A DNA stretch of 64,000 nt from Macrostomum lignano (taxonomy: Eukaryota). The stretch covers positions 62,001-126,000 of the forward strand of contig NIVC01002917.1 in NCBI GenBank assembly GCA_002269645.1, read 5' to 3'. Below are positions 1 through 12,066 of this stretch, in pieces. Below the pieces are notes generated by a model. It had not been told where the DNA came from. It ran no database searches and saw only the letters and a list, made by a program, of their open reading frames with translations. The number at the start of each line of letters is the position of its first letter. Position 1 is the first letter of the stretch. Both the position numbers and the translations under genes were made by a program.

Positions 1-53
1 GCCGCGTTTCCGCTCTGTCTCTTCTTTATTAGTTTCTTTTTCTACTGCAGTTC

Positions 54-494
54 GTAGCAGCGGTAGCTCAGCGGTAGCTCAGCGGTAGCTCAGCGGTAGC
101 TCAGCGGTAGCTCAGCGGTAGCTCAGCGGTAGCTCAGCGGTAGCTCAGCGGTAGCTCAGCGGTAGCTCAGCGGTAGCTCAGCGGTAGCTCAGCGGTAGCT
201 CAGCGGTAGCTCAGCGGTAGCTCAGCGGTAGCTCAGCGGTAGCTCAGCGGTAGCTCAGCGGTAGCTCAGCGGTAGCTCAGCGGTAGCTCAGCGGTAGCTC
301 AGCGGTAGCTCAGCGGTAGCTCAGCGGTAGCTCAGCGGTAGCTCAGCGGTAGCTCAGCGGTAGCTCAGCGGTAGCTCAGCGGTAGCTCAGCGGTAGCTCA
401 GCGGTAGCTCAGCGGTAGCTCAGCAGTAGCTCAGCGGTAGCTCAGCAGTAGCTCAGCGGTAGCTCAGCAGTAGCTCAGCGGTAGCTCAGCGGTA
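54..494 (+). repeat. 11-bp tandem array (TAGCTCAGCGG)n, about 40 copies
   Basis: Direct reading; nearly homogeneous. Confidence 0.97.
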
Positions 495-798
495 GCGGCG
501 ACACGCCCGACACGCCCGACACTAACTCTCATGTGAACTCACGGCTTCAAGTCCACGGGTTCGGCGGTCACAAAAATTTGGTGATAGTGCGTGAAACCTA
601 GCAACGAGGCTTGTCGTTCGCGGCCACATGAAGACCAACCCCCAAGGCACAGAGAGTGTACATGACTGGCAAAGGGAATTCAGGATGTCTGTACTGTACA
701 CCCTGTGTGAGCGCATGCTCAGAGCTCACCGGAATGGGCATGCCCAGAGTTCCTATATGCGAGCTAACTAAATAGAATGCAACGACGCCACTGCTCAC

Positions 799-1053
799 CT
801 CAAGGAGCTCGTCTCGCTCCTTCAAAGTGCCCTCGGCGGCAACTGGACCCTCAGGCAGAACGGACCGGATGTAGTGATGAGTCCGGCCCGCCTGCCCGCT
901 GTCCACCGTGCCCTCGAGGCTGATGCCCAGTCCCGGCTGGCCCTTGAACTTTGCTAGCTGGGCGACCACAATCTGCAGGCTGCCGGCGGACTGCGGCGAC
1001 TCGTCGGCTTGGATGACCGTCGACCAGCGCTCGCTGATGGACTGGATCACCTC
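799..1053 (-). CDS. MPDZ: MPDZ/PATJ-like multi-PDZ protein, exon with the N-terminal part of a PDZ domain equivalent to MPDZ PDZ4; gene continues left of the window
   Basis: Translates EVIQSISERW...IVVAQLAKFKGQPGLGISLEGTV...HHYIRSVLPEGPVAAEGTLKERDELLE, matching from memory the MPDZ motif GLGISLE..HHFIRSVLPEGPV...GDELLEV. Bounded by ctctcag acceptor and GAG|gtgagc donor; 255 nt, phase 0/0. Confidence 0.9.
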
Positions 1054-1168
1054 CTGAGAGAGTGGGCCTTCTAAAAGTGCGAATTTTTGTTTGATGGGAT
1101 AATTTTATACTAATAATCAGTTTTTTCTTGTTCGAACTTCAAATGTCTCCTTTGGATCGACATTTCTT

Positions 1169-1442
1169 CTTCTCAGAGAATTCCCCTTCTCAGAGAATTC
1201 CCCTTCTCAGAGAATTCCCCTTCTCAGAGAATTCCCCTTCTCAGAGAATACCCCTTCTCAGAGAATTCCCCTTCTCAGATAATTCCCCTTCTCAGAGAAT
1301 TCCCCTTCTCAGAGAATTCCCCTTCTCAGAGAATTCCCCTTCTCAGAGAATTCCTCTTCTCAGAGAATTCCCCTTCTCAGAGAATTCCTCTTCTCAGAGA
1401 ATTCCTCTTCTCAGAGAATTCCCCTTCTCAGAGAATTTCCCC
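1169..1442. repeat. 17-bp minisatellite TTCTCAGAGAATTCCCC, followed by a CT-rich tract to about 1680
   Basis: Direct reading. Confidence 0.95.
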
Positions 1443-2302
1443 TCTATTCTCACTAATCTCCTCTCTCTTTTTCTCTGCTCTCCCTGCTCCTCTCTTCTTC
1501 TTTTCTCTCCTCTCTCCTTTCTCCTTTCTCCTCTCTCCTCTCTCTTCTTTCCTCTCCCGTCTCCTCTCCTTCTCTCCTCTCCTCTCGTCTCCTGACTTTT
1601 TGTCTCGCCTCGCCTGTCGCCCCTCACCTCACCCTTTTCCTATCTCTCTTCTCTCTTCTCTCTTCTCTATTATCGTTCTCTTTTGCCGAATCCTTGGTCT
1701 AATCCAAAAAATATATATTTGTTGTTACCCTTCATTCTTTGCATTATAATAAGTGACGATGCACTTTTCCGTTTTCTTTTTTCTTCATGTTGATTTTTTG
1801 GATTTTTATTCGTCCTACTAAGTGAAGGGCGCAGCTTTATACCTGATTTCTATTGCTTGGATATAAAAAAACACATCAGGTATTGGTGTACAAACCCAAA
1901 TACAGGGTCAATACAATGAAAAACCCTGTGCAGAGAAAATGACTAGACAAAATAGAAGATTGGCAAATAGATTTGGATCTGTTAGAGGCAGTGGGAGATG
2001 GAAGGCCAACACCCGCTCGGATGGGCATAGGATAGCTGTGAGGTGCGACATTGGCAAATATATATTTGTTAAATATTTAATGACAGGCAGCTTGGGACGC
2101 ATGTGAGAGCGGGAGAAATGAGAGAATTAAGGGTTAGTGGATAAAATAATGGGTTTCTGGCAGACTTTGAGAGGGAAAAAGGACTGACTGATGGACTATA
2201 TAATCCTGTATGGACAAAGCTGTGAGACTGAAAGCTGTTGGTTTTCCCGTGCTGAAATTTTATATTGGCAGCACCCACTGTCTCAGAGTGAGTCAGACTC
2301 AC

Positions 2303-2431
2303 TGAAATGCCGCTTGCAAAACGAGCTGTCCAATGTTAAGCTGGAGCCCGAGAATCTCTGGTAGAGTGAAGTCAGTGACCTGCGCAGACTGTCCGTTGAT
2401 CTGTACCGGCGCATTCCGCTGGGCATTTTGT
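2303..2431 (-). CDS. Possible cassette or alternative exon within the PDZ gene
   Basis: cccag acceptor, A|gtgagt donor, 129 nt open (DKMPSGMRRYRSTDSLRRSLTSLYQRFSGSS...), phase 1/1. I could not find a phase 1-to-0 exon linking it to 1053. Confidence 0.3.
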
Positions 2432-2785
2432 CTGGGCACTCTGTGTCTGGGCACTCTGTGTCTAGGCCTTCTATCTAGGCACTCTCTCTAGGGACTCTGT
2501 GTCTAGGCACTCTGTCTAGGCACTCTCTGTCTAGACACTCTCTCTAGGCACTCTCTCTAGGCACCCTGTGTCTGGGCACTCTGTCTAGACACTCTCTCTA
2601 GGCACTCTGTCTAGGCACTCTCTCTAGGCACTCTCTCTAGGGACTCTGTGTCTAGGCACTCTGTCTAGGCACTCTGTCTAGGCACTCTCTCTAGGCACTC
2701 TCTCTAGGGACTCTGTGTCTAGGCACTCTGTCTAGGCACTCTGTGTTTGGGCACTCTCTGTCTAGGCACTCTCTCTAGACACTCT
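2432..2785. repeat. 13-17-bp minisatellite, CTCTGTCTAGGCA core
   Basis: Direct reading. Confidence 0.93.
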
Positions 2786-3393
2786 GGTCGAGTTCTCTAG
2801 ATGGCGCCGATTATATTCTGAACACTATATTTAGCTACTATGCCCTTTTTCTGGTCACTAAGCTTAGCTATCTATCATGACTAACTAGTGAAGCCAGGTC
2901 GATTTATACTCTGCTGCATGATGTGCAGTCTGAATTCAAAGAACTGGCCGCTAGCTTCTATAACGATCTAATCTACTCTTTGTTTACTCTGTCTTTTCAG
3001 CTTTAAATCTTCTCTATACACTTACACTCTACAAAACTTTCTGCTGTAACAGCGGATTTGCCCCTCCCTAACCTAACTAGACCTGTGTTTTGACCTATAA
3101 GGCACAGAGCTAGAAGGTGAATAGTGAAGGGGGGGTCGCCACAAGATCTTGCCAGCCTGCATGGCATTACAAACTTGAACAAGCAGCAGCTACAGTAGGC
3201 AGACCAGCCTTCTTTTACTTCTGTAGACTGAGTAGTGACAGAACTATAGGTCAGATTCTATTCTTGACTACTGCTGGCTCTTCTGCGCACCTGAACTCTT
3301 GATTTTCAGCACTCGACTTTAAAAATGTTTAAAGTGTATGGCTAAAGGAGTTAATACGAAATTCTGTAGGTAGCTGCACTGCATCAAAAAATA

Positions 3394-3780
3394 GAGATGT
3401 CAAGTCTTGCTGGGGAATTGCTGAGATTTCAAGGCTTACTGGCGAATTGCTGAGATGTCAAGGCTTACTGGGGGAATTGCTGAGATTTCAAGGCTTACTG
3501 GCGAATTGCTGAGATTTCAAGGCTTACTGGGGAAATTGCTGAGACGTCAAGTCTTACTGAGGGAATTGCTGAGATGTCAAGTCTTACGGAGGGAATTGCT
3601 AAGATGTCAAGTCTTACGGAGGGAATTGCTGAGATTTCAAGTCTTACTGAGGGAATTGCTGAGATGTCAAGTCTTACTGAGGGAATTGCTGAGATGCCAA
3701 GGCTTACTGGGGGAATTGCTGAGATGCCAAGGCTTACTGAGGGAATTGCTGAGATGCCAAGGCTTACTGGGGGAATTGTA
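3394..3780. repeat. 30-bp minisatellite GGAATTGCTGAGATGTCAAG(T/G)CTTACTGAG
   Basis: Direct reading; same family as 55618-55906. Confidence 0.95.
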
Positions 3781-4253
3781 GTAGTTAGCATAGTAGCGCT
3801 CCGATGATTTCGGAGTTTTTTTGAACCATTCTACTTGATGCCCGCGTTCTGCACTTTTACCGTCTCGACTCGTGGCACTTGACGCCGTAAATCCGATTCG
3901 CTATTTTCAATGGCGTATTCGAGCCCGATTGAGGCAGCCCCCCCCCCACATGCCTGAGAGCTCGCGCAGGACTCAATCAAGCCAACTCAATTGCGCCTGG
4001 GATCAGCGAGCGTGGCTTTGCGCCCTCCTCCTTGAGTCTCTCTGATCCCATCGACGCATAGTGAGGCAATTCAAGGTACCTGCGTGAAGACTGATGCCGG
4101 AGTATTGCTCAAAGATGCAGGGGAACGCACAGTTGAAAGAGCAGCGGGTGAGCAAAGGCGAACAGGTGTGCTGAGATCTCAACTTTTTGGACAGCTTTGG
4201 AACAATTTTAAGTCCTGTAATGTCTTATCGTGTCCGAATGTCTTGTATTACCT

Positions 4254-4668
4254 TAGTGTCTTGGTGTGTCAGTGTCTTGGTGTGTCAGTGTCTTGGTGTG
4301 TCAGTGTCTTAGTGTGTCAGTGCCTTGGTGTGTCAGTGTCTTGGTGTGTCAGTGTCTTAGTGTGTCAGTGCCTTGGTGTGTCAGTGTCTTGGTGTGTCAG
4401 TGTCTTGGTGTGTCAGTGTCTTAGTGTGTCAGTGCCTTGGTGTGTCAGTGTCTTGGTGTGTCAGTGTCTTGGTGTGTCAGTGTGTTGGTGTGTCAGTGCC
4501 TTGGTGTGTCAGTGTCTTGGTGTGTCAGTGTCTTGGTGTGTCAGTGTGTTGGTGTGTCAGTGTCTTGGTGTGTCAGTGTCTTGGTGTGTCAGTGTCTTGG
4601 TGTGTTAGTGTGTTGGTGTGTCAGTGTCTTGGTGTGTCAGTGTCTTGGTGTGTCAGTGTGTTGGTGTG
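4254..4668. repeat. 16-bp minisatellite GTGTCAGTGTCTTGGT
   Basis: Direct reading. Confidence 0.95.
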
Positions 4669-5126
4669 TAGACTACTGTAGGAAATCCGCACATGGCTTC
4701 AGTAGATGTCTGGCTAATACTTGGCCCAGTGGAGAATAGCGAGGCTACTTCAGACCGTAATCAACTATTCTGGGTCAGGGGGGGGGAGCCGATCGGGTGA
4801 AACTCGAGCAGTTTTGTTCGGTTAGCCGTGGATTCTGGCGAGAGAGGATCAATTTTGGCCAGATGGCTCTCGGGCGCCTCAGCCTGCCAATTTCATATTC
4901 GCTGCCAGTCAGTGCATGCAGTGGACGCCCAACTTTGAGTGAAACCAGCCCAAGGGGGGGAGAGTGGGGCTCGAGTGGCCTGGCGCGAAATATGCCTGCT
5001 TGAAGAAAAGTGAGCCGCATCTATACTGGAAGCTGCAGGCTTCAAGTAGTGGATAAAGTGCTCCAAAGTCTATATACCACTGTATGCTGCTTGTGTGAGG
5101 TTGCAGTCAGAAAACTGCTGGACACG

Positions 5127-6045
5127 GAGTCTGTCTTGGCGTTTTGTCTGTCCCAGAGTCTATCCCAGAGTCTGTCCCAGAGTCTGTCCCAGAGTCTGTC
5201 CCAGAGTCTATCCCAGAGTCTGTCCCAGAGTCTGTCCCAGAGTCTGTCCCAGAGTCTATCCCAGAGTCTGTCCCAGAGTCTGTCCCAGAGTCTGTCCCAG
5301 AGTCTGTCCCAGAGTCTGTCCCAGAGTCTGTCTTGGCGTTTTGTCCGTCCCAGAGTCTGTCTTGGCGTTTTGTCCGTCCCAGAGTCTGTCCCAGAGTCTG
5401 TCCCAGAGTCTGTCTTGGCGTTTTGTCCGTCCCAGAGTCTGTCCCAGAGTCTATCCCAGAGTCTGTCCCAGAGTCTGTCCCAGAGTCTGTCCCAGAGTCT
5501 GTCCCAGAGTCTGTCCCAGAGTCTGTCTTGGCGTTTTGTCCGTCCCAGAGTCTGTCCCAGAGTCTGTCCCAGAGTCTGTCCCAGAGTCTGTCCTAGAGTC
5601 TGTCCCAGAGTCTGTCTTGGCGTTTTGTCCGTCCCAGAGTCTGTCCCAGAGTCTGTCCCAGAGTCTGTCTCAGAGTCTGTCTTGGCGTTTTGTCTGTCCC
5701 AGAGTCTGTCCCAGAGTCTGTCCCAGAGTCTGTCCCAGAGTCTGTCCCAGAGTCTGTCTCAGAGTCTGTCCCAGAGTCTGTCCCAGAGTCTGTCCCAGAG
5801 TCTGTCTCGGAGTCTGTCCCAGAGTCTGTCCCAGAGTCTGTCCCAGAGTCTGTCCCAGAGTCTGTCCCAGAGTCTGTCCCAGAGTCTGTCCCAGAGTCTG
5901 TCCCAGAGTCTGTCTCAGAGTCTGTCTCAGAGTCTGTCCCAGAGTCTGTCCCAGAGTCTGTCCCAGAGTCTGTCTCAGAGTCTGTCCCAGAGTCTGTCCC
6001 AGAGTCTGTCTCAGAGTCTGTCTCAGAGTCTGTCCCAGAGTCTGG
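5127..6045. repeat. 12-bp minisatellite CCAGAGTCTGTC with interspersed TTGGCGTTTTGTC variants
   Basis: Direct reading. Confidence 0.96.
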
Positions 6046-6091
6046 GTCTCTAAGTTGTTCCTGAGCTCTCCCAGACGCCGCCGCTACTCAC

Positions 6092-6223
6092 CGAAGCAGT
6101 CGGGCTCCGCTTCTTGGCGATGCAGAAGAGGCTCAGTGTCTGCACCGACCGAATCGCCGTCTGTGCCACCTGTCAGCTGAGTTGAAGGCGGCAGCGGCCG
6201 GTGAAGCGGTGGCGGCGTGCCAG
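6092..6223 (-). CDS. MPDZ: MPDZ-like linker exon (Pro/Gly-rich)
   Basis: cattcctcag acceptor and G|gtgagt donor; 132 nt open in phase 1/1 (AGTPPPLHRPLPPSTQLTGG...); phase matches the preceding exon. Confidence 0.7.
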
Positions 6224-6487
6224 CTGAGGAATGAGGAATTTTTATTATATCAAAATGCTTCGATATAAACTCCCTTAAGACTCATAAGCTAATACGTGAC
6301 GACAGGGTAGTCTAGAACGCGCAGATTTGTTTAATTTCGGGACAGTATTTTCCAACTTCCTTCATTTTAAAGCAGAAAATTCAAAGAGATCGTGTATGAT
6401 GATTATACGAGAATCTCAATCCACCGATGCCGAATCTCAGTCTACCAATGTACCAGTAGATTGACCAAAGTCAAGCTCCCAGCTTAC

Positions 6488-6623
6488 CAGCGCAAGTTTT
6501 GAGCTGCTCAAAGATGAGTCCACGCCTGTAGCGCACGAGTCTCAGCTGCACTGGGTCGTTGGCGTTCTTTAGTATCTCAACCGCCGCGCGATTTGACTGT
6601 CCCTCGAGACAGCAATTGTTCAC
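6488..6623 (-). CDS. MPDZ: MPDZ-like exon, C-terminal half of PDZ3-equivalent
   Basis: VNNCCLEGQSNRAAVEILKNANDPVQLRLVRYRRG is a typical PDZ C-terminal half; cccag acceptor, G|gtaagc donor; phase 0/1. Confidence 0.85.
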
Positions 6624-9348
6624 CTGGGCGACAATGCGACAAATTAATGAGTAATAATAATACTGCTCAGACGTTTGTCCGACAACACCAAAGATAATTA
6701 GGTGCAGAAAATGCTGCTTGCACCCCTTGGTAGTGCTGGGGAATAAATGAATTGCGCCGCTGGTCCGCTGCCCCTCATAAATGTACGCCGGTCATGGAAG
6801 CCGGGGGGTGGTCGGTGGGTAGAGGGGGGCAGTGAGTTGCCCCTCCCTTACCCAGCCACCTCTAAGAACCTTGGAGCGTCTGTCCAACTGCCCGTCTTCC
6901 CAACCGCCCCCCCCAGTTCTAATAATCCCCTTTCCCCAGTTCCCCTTCCTCTCAAATTCTCCCCTCCGGTCTTCCTGGCTACCTTCTCCCCTCCTCCCCC
7001 CTTAAATCCCCAAAACTGCCAGCGCCTCATAAGCCCCGAAGCAGTGCAGATAAGGCGAGGGAGAAGAGAGTTTGGTAGCGGGGCAGTGCGTGTTTGGGCT
7101 TGGGGACACATGGCAGCGTCGCCAGCCAGGATCTGGTACTGGAGAGGAAGAGAGGAAGAAAGAGATTCTACCAGAGCGAAGTCTCCATCGCCCCGTGCGC
7201 GCCGGAGCCAAGCAAGCACCCACCACCCTCCTTGAATTTCCCTTTTGCTTTAATCTTTTCTGTCTTCCTTCTTCCATTTTTGCCGCTAGGGATACCCCAG
7301 ATCTTGGACGCGTAACGAGCGACCCAATGGGGAAAGTTCAAGGCCTCCTCTCCCCCTTCTCTTCCCTGATCAACTCCCACGATTGCCGTCACGCTTTCGT
7401 GTCTTTCTTATTTTTCTATCATTTCCTGTCTGTCAATTTCTGTAGTGCCCTGTCGCCCTGTGCCCTGCCAGGGTCTCCGCCGCTTTCTTTCTCTCGATCA
7501 GAGGCGTCTCCCGCTCCCTCGCTTTGGTCATGAATTGTTTGATCTGCTAAAATAGGCAAAGGGGATTGCAGCCGTGTGTTTTTCTGTCTTCTGGGACGCT
7601 TCTTCTTTGAAGAGAGAAAGCGAGAAGAGCGAAGTGATGAAATTCGGGCGCTAGCTAAAAGCAGCTGGCGTTTGGCCAATGAATTCAGTCTACTATCGGA
7701 ATGGAGCATCTTTTCCGCTGTCATTCACTGCGGCTCTTTATCGCAAGGTGGCCATCTGAATACAATAAATCTATCTTGCATTATTGCCTATGGACACTTC
7801 AGTAGGCGGGCAAGGCCAGCTCTGCTACTTGGGCCAGCATCGATCGATCGATTCTTTATTCGACGACAAAAACTCATCGATTTTCCATGAACGGCGAATC
7901 GAAATGGGACATTATTATAACGGAGCTCATAGGATACGCAATGGGTAGTTTTTTTCGGTTGACATCATATGCCAAGGAACACGCAGATAAATCTATAGAC
8001 TTCGAATCTACTTCATTTTTGAGACACCCTGCATCCTCATTATTCGCTTTGTTCAAAGCGAAGAACGGAGATGAGAGACAGTGAGAGAGAGGGGAGGTCA
8101 AGTCTCAACAGCCGGAAGGCCGCATGAGGTCTCGTTCGGCCAAGCTTCCTCCAGCTTGCCTCGGGAACTCTTCATCACCTTTCGCTAGGGGTCCCCCTTT
8201 GATTCGCTGGCACCCGGCTCAGTTCCCTCTCTCCGGGCTCGTCTGGCCTCGCTCATCAATCACGGGACAGTTTTTTGTCAGGAAAAGGGATTATGCAGAT
8301 TTTCAGTGGGGATGCAGGGAGTTACCGCCAAGGAGAGCAAAGAGTGGAAAGGAGCCTGACTGAATGCTTTTTGGATTTTTAGCCAGGGGAAGCTGTGAGA
8401 AGAAGATTTCTTGTTCAGCTCCCTTAAATCTCTGGTTTTGAAGCCCAGCTTTTTGCCATTTAAAGTACAACGTAAGCAGTCAGAGTTGTTGAGATGTTTC
8501 AAGTGATAAGATGCACTTGTGAAGAGTCAAGCCTAGCCACTATTCTGCTTTCCGGTTAGTCAACCCCACGAGGCGACGAATGATTGCTTCTGCTGTTCGG
8601 TTTCTGTTGTCTTTTTTCGAATACCTCCCTGCAGGGTCTCTTCAGAAGGAGCATGAAAAAACACTTCACTCAATGGCCAAGCTTCGTCTATCATCGCATT
8701 ACAGTGGACGTGTGGAACCTATTTTTCCCAAACACAGATTCAGCATAAACAAGCGAGTGGATACCTTTCCACTTTGGTCAACGTGCAACAGTTGGTTCAG
8801 ACCTCTTTTAAAATTTACTTGAGCAACCCTTGACCCCCGGATCTACTAGAGGTAATACGATCCGGCCTTTAGAGATTTAGCGAGCGACAATCAATTAATC
8901 AATAAGCTGAATGTAAATTCCAATTAGGAGAGACCAGATATCAGACCAAGCATGAACAGCGTTTGTGGTGCAATGACTGGATCTATAAATAGACCAATGT
9001 ACACATACATGGTGTACACAGGGAGCGCTTAAGAATGCAATGAGGGGAGAGGTGGGAGCTGGGGGAGTGAGCGCGGAATAGGCGCAGTGGTCAAGATCTA
9101 TAAATAGACCAATTTGTACACAAATGATGCACACAGGGAGCGCTTAAGAATGCAATTAGTGGGGAGGAAGGGGCTGGGGGAGTGAGATTGCCGAGATCTA
9201 TAAATAGCTTAATGTACATTTAAAAGATCCACAGTACATGTATTGCGTCAGATGGAAAGCTATAAAGTACAGGCGAATGTCGTGGACTTAGAGAGAGGCA
9301 TAGAGGGTTAGACGCATAAATGGTCAAATGTACTTATCAGCTATTTAC

Positions 9349-9440
9349 CTCTACGATGCGGTCGTTAACTGTCAGCCGGCCGTCCCGCCACGCAGCGCTG
9401 CCCTCGGCGATGCTTTTGATGAATATTCCGCTCAGTTTAG
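9349..9440 (-). CDS. MPDZ: MPDZ-like exon, middle of PDZ3-equivalent
   Basis: KLSGIFIKSIAEGSAAWRDGRLTVNDRIVE; ttccag acceptor, GAG|gtaaat donor; phase 1/0 joins both neighbours in frame. Too short for the ORF track. Confidence 0.88.
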
Positions 9441-10481
9441 CTGGAACAACGAACCAAGGACGGTTCCCGAGGATGGGATGATGGGAGAATGCCGAGTCAG
9501 AATTACAGCGTATTGTTTTAAGCTCGCCTGATTACGCACAGTTGTGTGCACCGGGGGAGAGTTCTAGAGGCAGATGTTTGTCCAGCAACGCTTGACGAGA
9601 GAAATTTATTAGCGTTCGTTGATTTGCTGCGAAAATCACGGATGCGAAAATAATAAAAGACACCAGCTGCGGCAAAATGTGGACGATGCCATCTGCGTGG
9701 TCCCGAGGATCGATATGCATCATTGTTAGGAAATTCCCTGCACTTTTTTCCTCTCCAACTGGGAATATGCGGAGAAAATCGTCGCTAGAACAACCCATTC
9801 TCTATCCTACCTTACCCCGTCATCCCGTCGGTCGGGCAACATTATTTTTTCTACCTGAGATCTGCATATAAATCCAAAGGCTTAGTAATGCGTACGTACT
9901 AATGCGGAGTTCGCAGAGGCGCTTTGTCTGTTTGCATTGCTTCAGCAAATAGGCGAACTGAGAAGTATCGACTTGTGATTATTCCGCATCTTTTTTCTCC
10001 CTCTCTCTGCTACCCTCCCAAAGCTGGCCTTGTGTTTCGTCCCTTCATCCGGTTCGCGCGAGTGCTCAAATCTGCCCCGAAGGCTGAAGCTGGCCCCGCG
10101 GCAGGCTTCTGGCCTGCTTCATCGGCTCGGGTTACAGAGGAGAGCTGGCTGACTCTTCTTCAACTTCTTCTTCTGCATGGCACTGCTCGAATGCGCCGCA
10201 CGCACGCAGACACTCGCGCATGTATTGTTGTCAGCGAGGGGAGATGGTAATTAAACACTCAGGCGCTTGCTATGGGCCGGAATGCGCGGGGGCTCTCAAC
10301 GTGTTGTGAGCGTCGGCACGGCGGCGGCTAAAGTGTGTGCTCATGCTCACTGTTCCCCGATTCTAGAATCTTTTTACTTCTTTACTTTAACAACCCAGAC
10401 TCATAAATCCATATTTTTGCTTTAACTTTATACTCAACTCAACATGCGTTTATTTCTCTCCACACATCCACTTGTGAATAG

Positions 10482-11480
10482 GTCTACTTCTCACTCCACC
10501 CGTCAGACTAGTAACCTACTTCTCACTCCACCCGTCAGACTAGTAACCTACTTCTCATTCCACCCGTCAGACTAGTAACCTACTTCTCACTACACCCGTC
10601 AGACTAGTAACCTACTTCTCACTCCACCCGTCAGACTAGTAACCTACTTCTCACTCCACCCGTCAGACTAGTAACCTACTTCTCACTCCACCCGTCAGAC
10701 TAGTAACCTACTTCTCACTCCACCCGTCAGACTAGTAACCTACTTCTCACTCCACCCGTCAGACTAGTAACCTACTTCTCATTCCACCCGTCAGACTAGT
10801 AACCTACTTCTCACTACACCCGTCAGACTAGTAACCTACTTCTCACTCCACCCGTCAGACTAGTAACCTACTTCTCACTCCACCCGTCAGACTAGTAACC
10901 TACTTCTCACTCCACCCGTCAGACTAGTAACCTACTTCTCACTCCACCCGTCAGACTAGTAACCTACTTCTCATTCCACCCGTCAGACTAGTAACCTACT
11001 TCTCACTCCACCCGTCAGACTAGTAACCTACTTCTCACTCCACCCGTCAGACTAGTAACCTACTTCTCACTCCACCCGTCAGACTAGTAACCTACTTCTC
11101 ACTCCACCCGTCAGACTAGTAACCTACTTCTCACTCCACCCGTCAGACTAGTAACCTACTTCTCATTCCACCCGTCAGACTAGTAACCTACTTCTCACTC
11201 CACCCGTCAGACTAGTAACCTACTTCTCACTCCACCCGTCAGACTAGTAACCTACTTCTCACTCCACCCGTCAGACTAGTAACCTACTTCTCACTCCACC
11301 CGTCAGACTAGTAACCTACTTCTCACTCCACCCGTCAGACTAGTAACCTACTTCTCACTCCACCCGTCAGACTAGTAACCTACTTCTCACTCCACCCGTC
11401 AGACTAGTAACCTACTTCTCACTCCACCCGTCAGACTAGTAACCTACTTCTCACTCCACCCGTCAGACTAGTAACCTACT
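10482..11480. repeat. 32-bp minisatellite, about 31 copies, abutting the donor at 11483
   Basis: Unit CTACTTCTCACTCCACCCGTCAGACTAGTAAC. Confidence 0.97.
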
Positions 11481-11483
11481 TAC

Positions 11484-11676
11484 CCAGCGCGGTTTCTCCA
11501 ACATAGCCGGCAATTGTGATGCCCAGCCCGCCTTCGAAGCCCCTCTGCAGCTCCACCCGGAAGTGTTCCACTTCCTCTTCCTCATCGTTATCATAATCAT
11601 ACTTAATCCGATCTGCGCTCGATTTCGGCTCCTCAACGGCGTCCGTGGGCCCGTTGTTGGCGGTCCTTGGCGTCAC
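11484..11676 (-). CDS. MPDZ: MPDZ-like exon, start of PDZ3-equivalent
   Basis: ...EEEVEHFRVELQRGFEGGLGITIAGYVGETAL matches the MPDZ PDZ3 motif GLGITIAGY; aaatcag acceptor, G|gtaagt donor; phase 0/1. Confidence 0.88.
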
Positions 11677-12066
11677 CTGATTTGGAAATAAAGTCAAATC
11701 ATCACGTGACTGCTGCAGCGATGAGTCAGAGGGGGTCTGCTGGGCGCGTTAATCTCTCTAGTCTAGAGAGAGTCTTTCCTATTATTCGGCATGGAGTCAG
11801 ACAGCCTCTCAGCTTCATCTGGGAAATAGCTAATATGCAAATCACCTGGGAGAAGATCAAGGGTGGGCACATCAAAATTAACGATGAAGTGCCTGCTTTT
11901 ATCGGAGGATGATTAAGCGTTGGATAGAACAATGGGGAAAAATGGAAAAAAATTTCAAGCTAACGGTTGTTCAGTCGATAGAGAGATTGTTAAATGTCCT
12001 TATAAAAATCATCCTCTTAAAGGTGATAATGATTGAATTCTGACTGGCTTGAGAATAGAATAGACA

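Noticed and set aside
4078-4190. Candidate linker exon ending CAG|gtacct
   Set aside because: The required phase needs a poor GAG acceptor, so it is not supportable without transcripts.
6700-8500. Many 60-160-aa ORFs here and at 30200-31460
   Set aside because: Purine/pyrimidine-skewed low-complexity intron sequence with no domain motifs or consistent splice pattern.
10482-11480. CRISPR-like 32-bp repeats
   Set aside because: The units are directly adjacent with no unique spacers, no cas genes are present, and the context is a eukaryotic intron.
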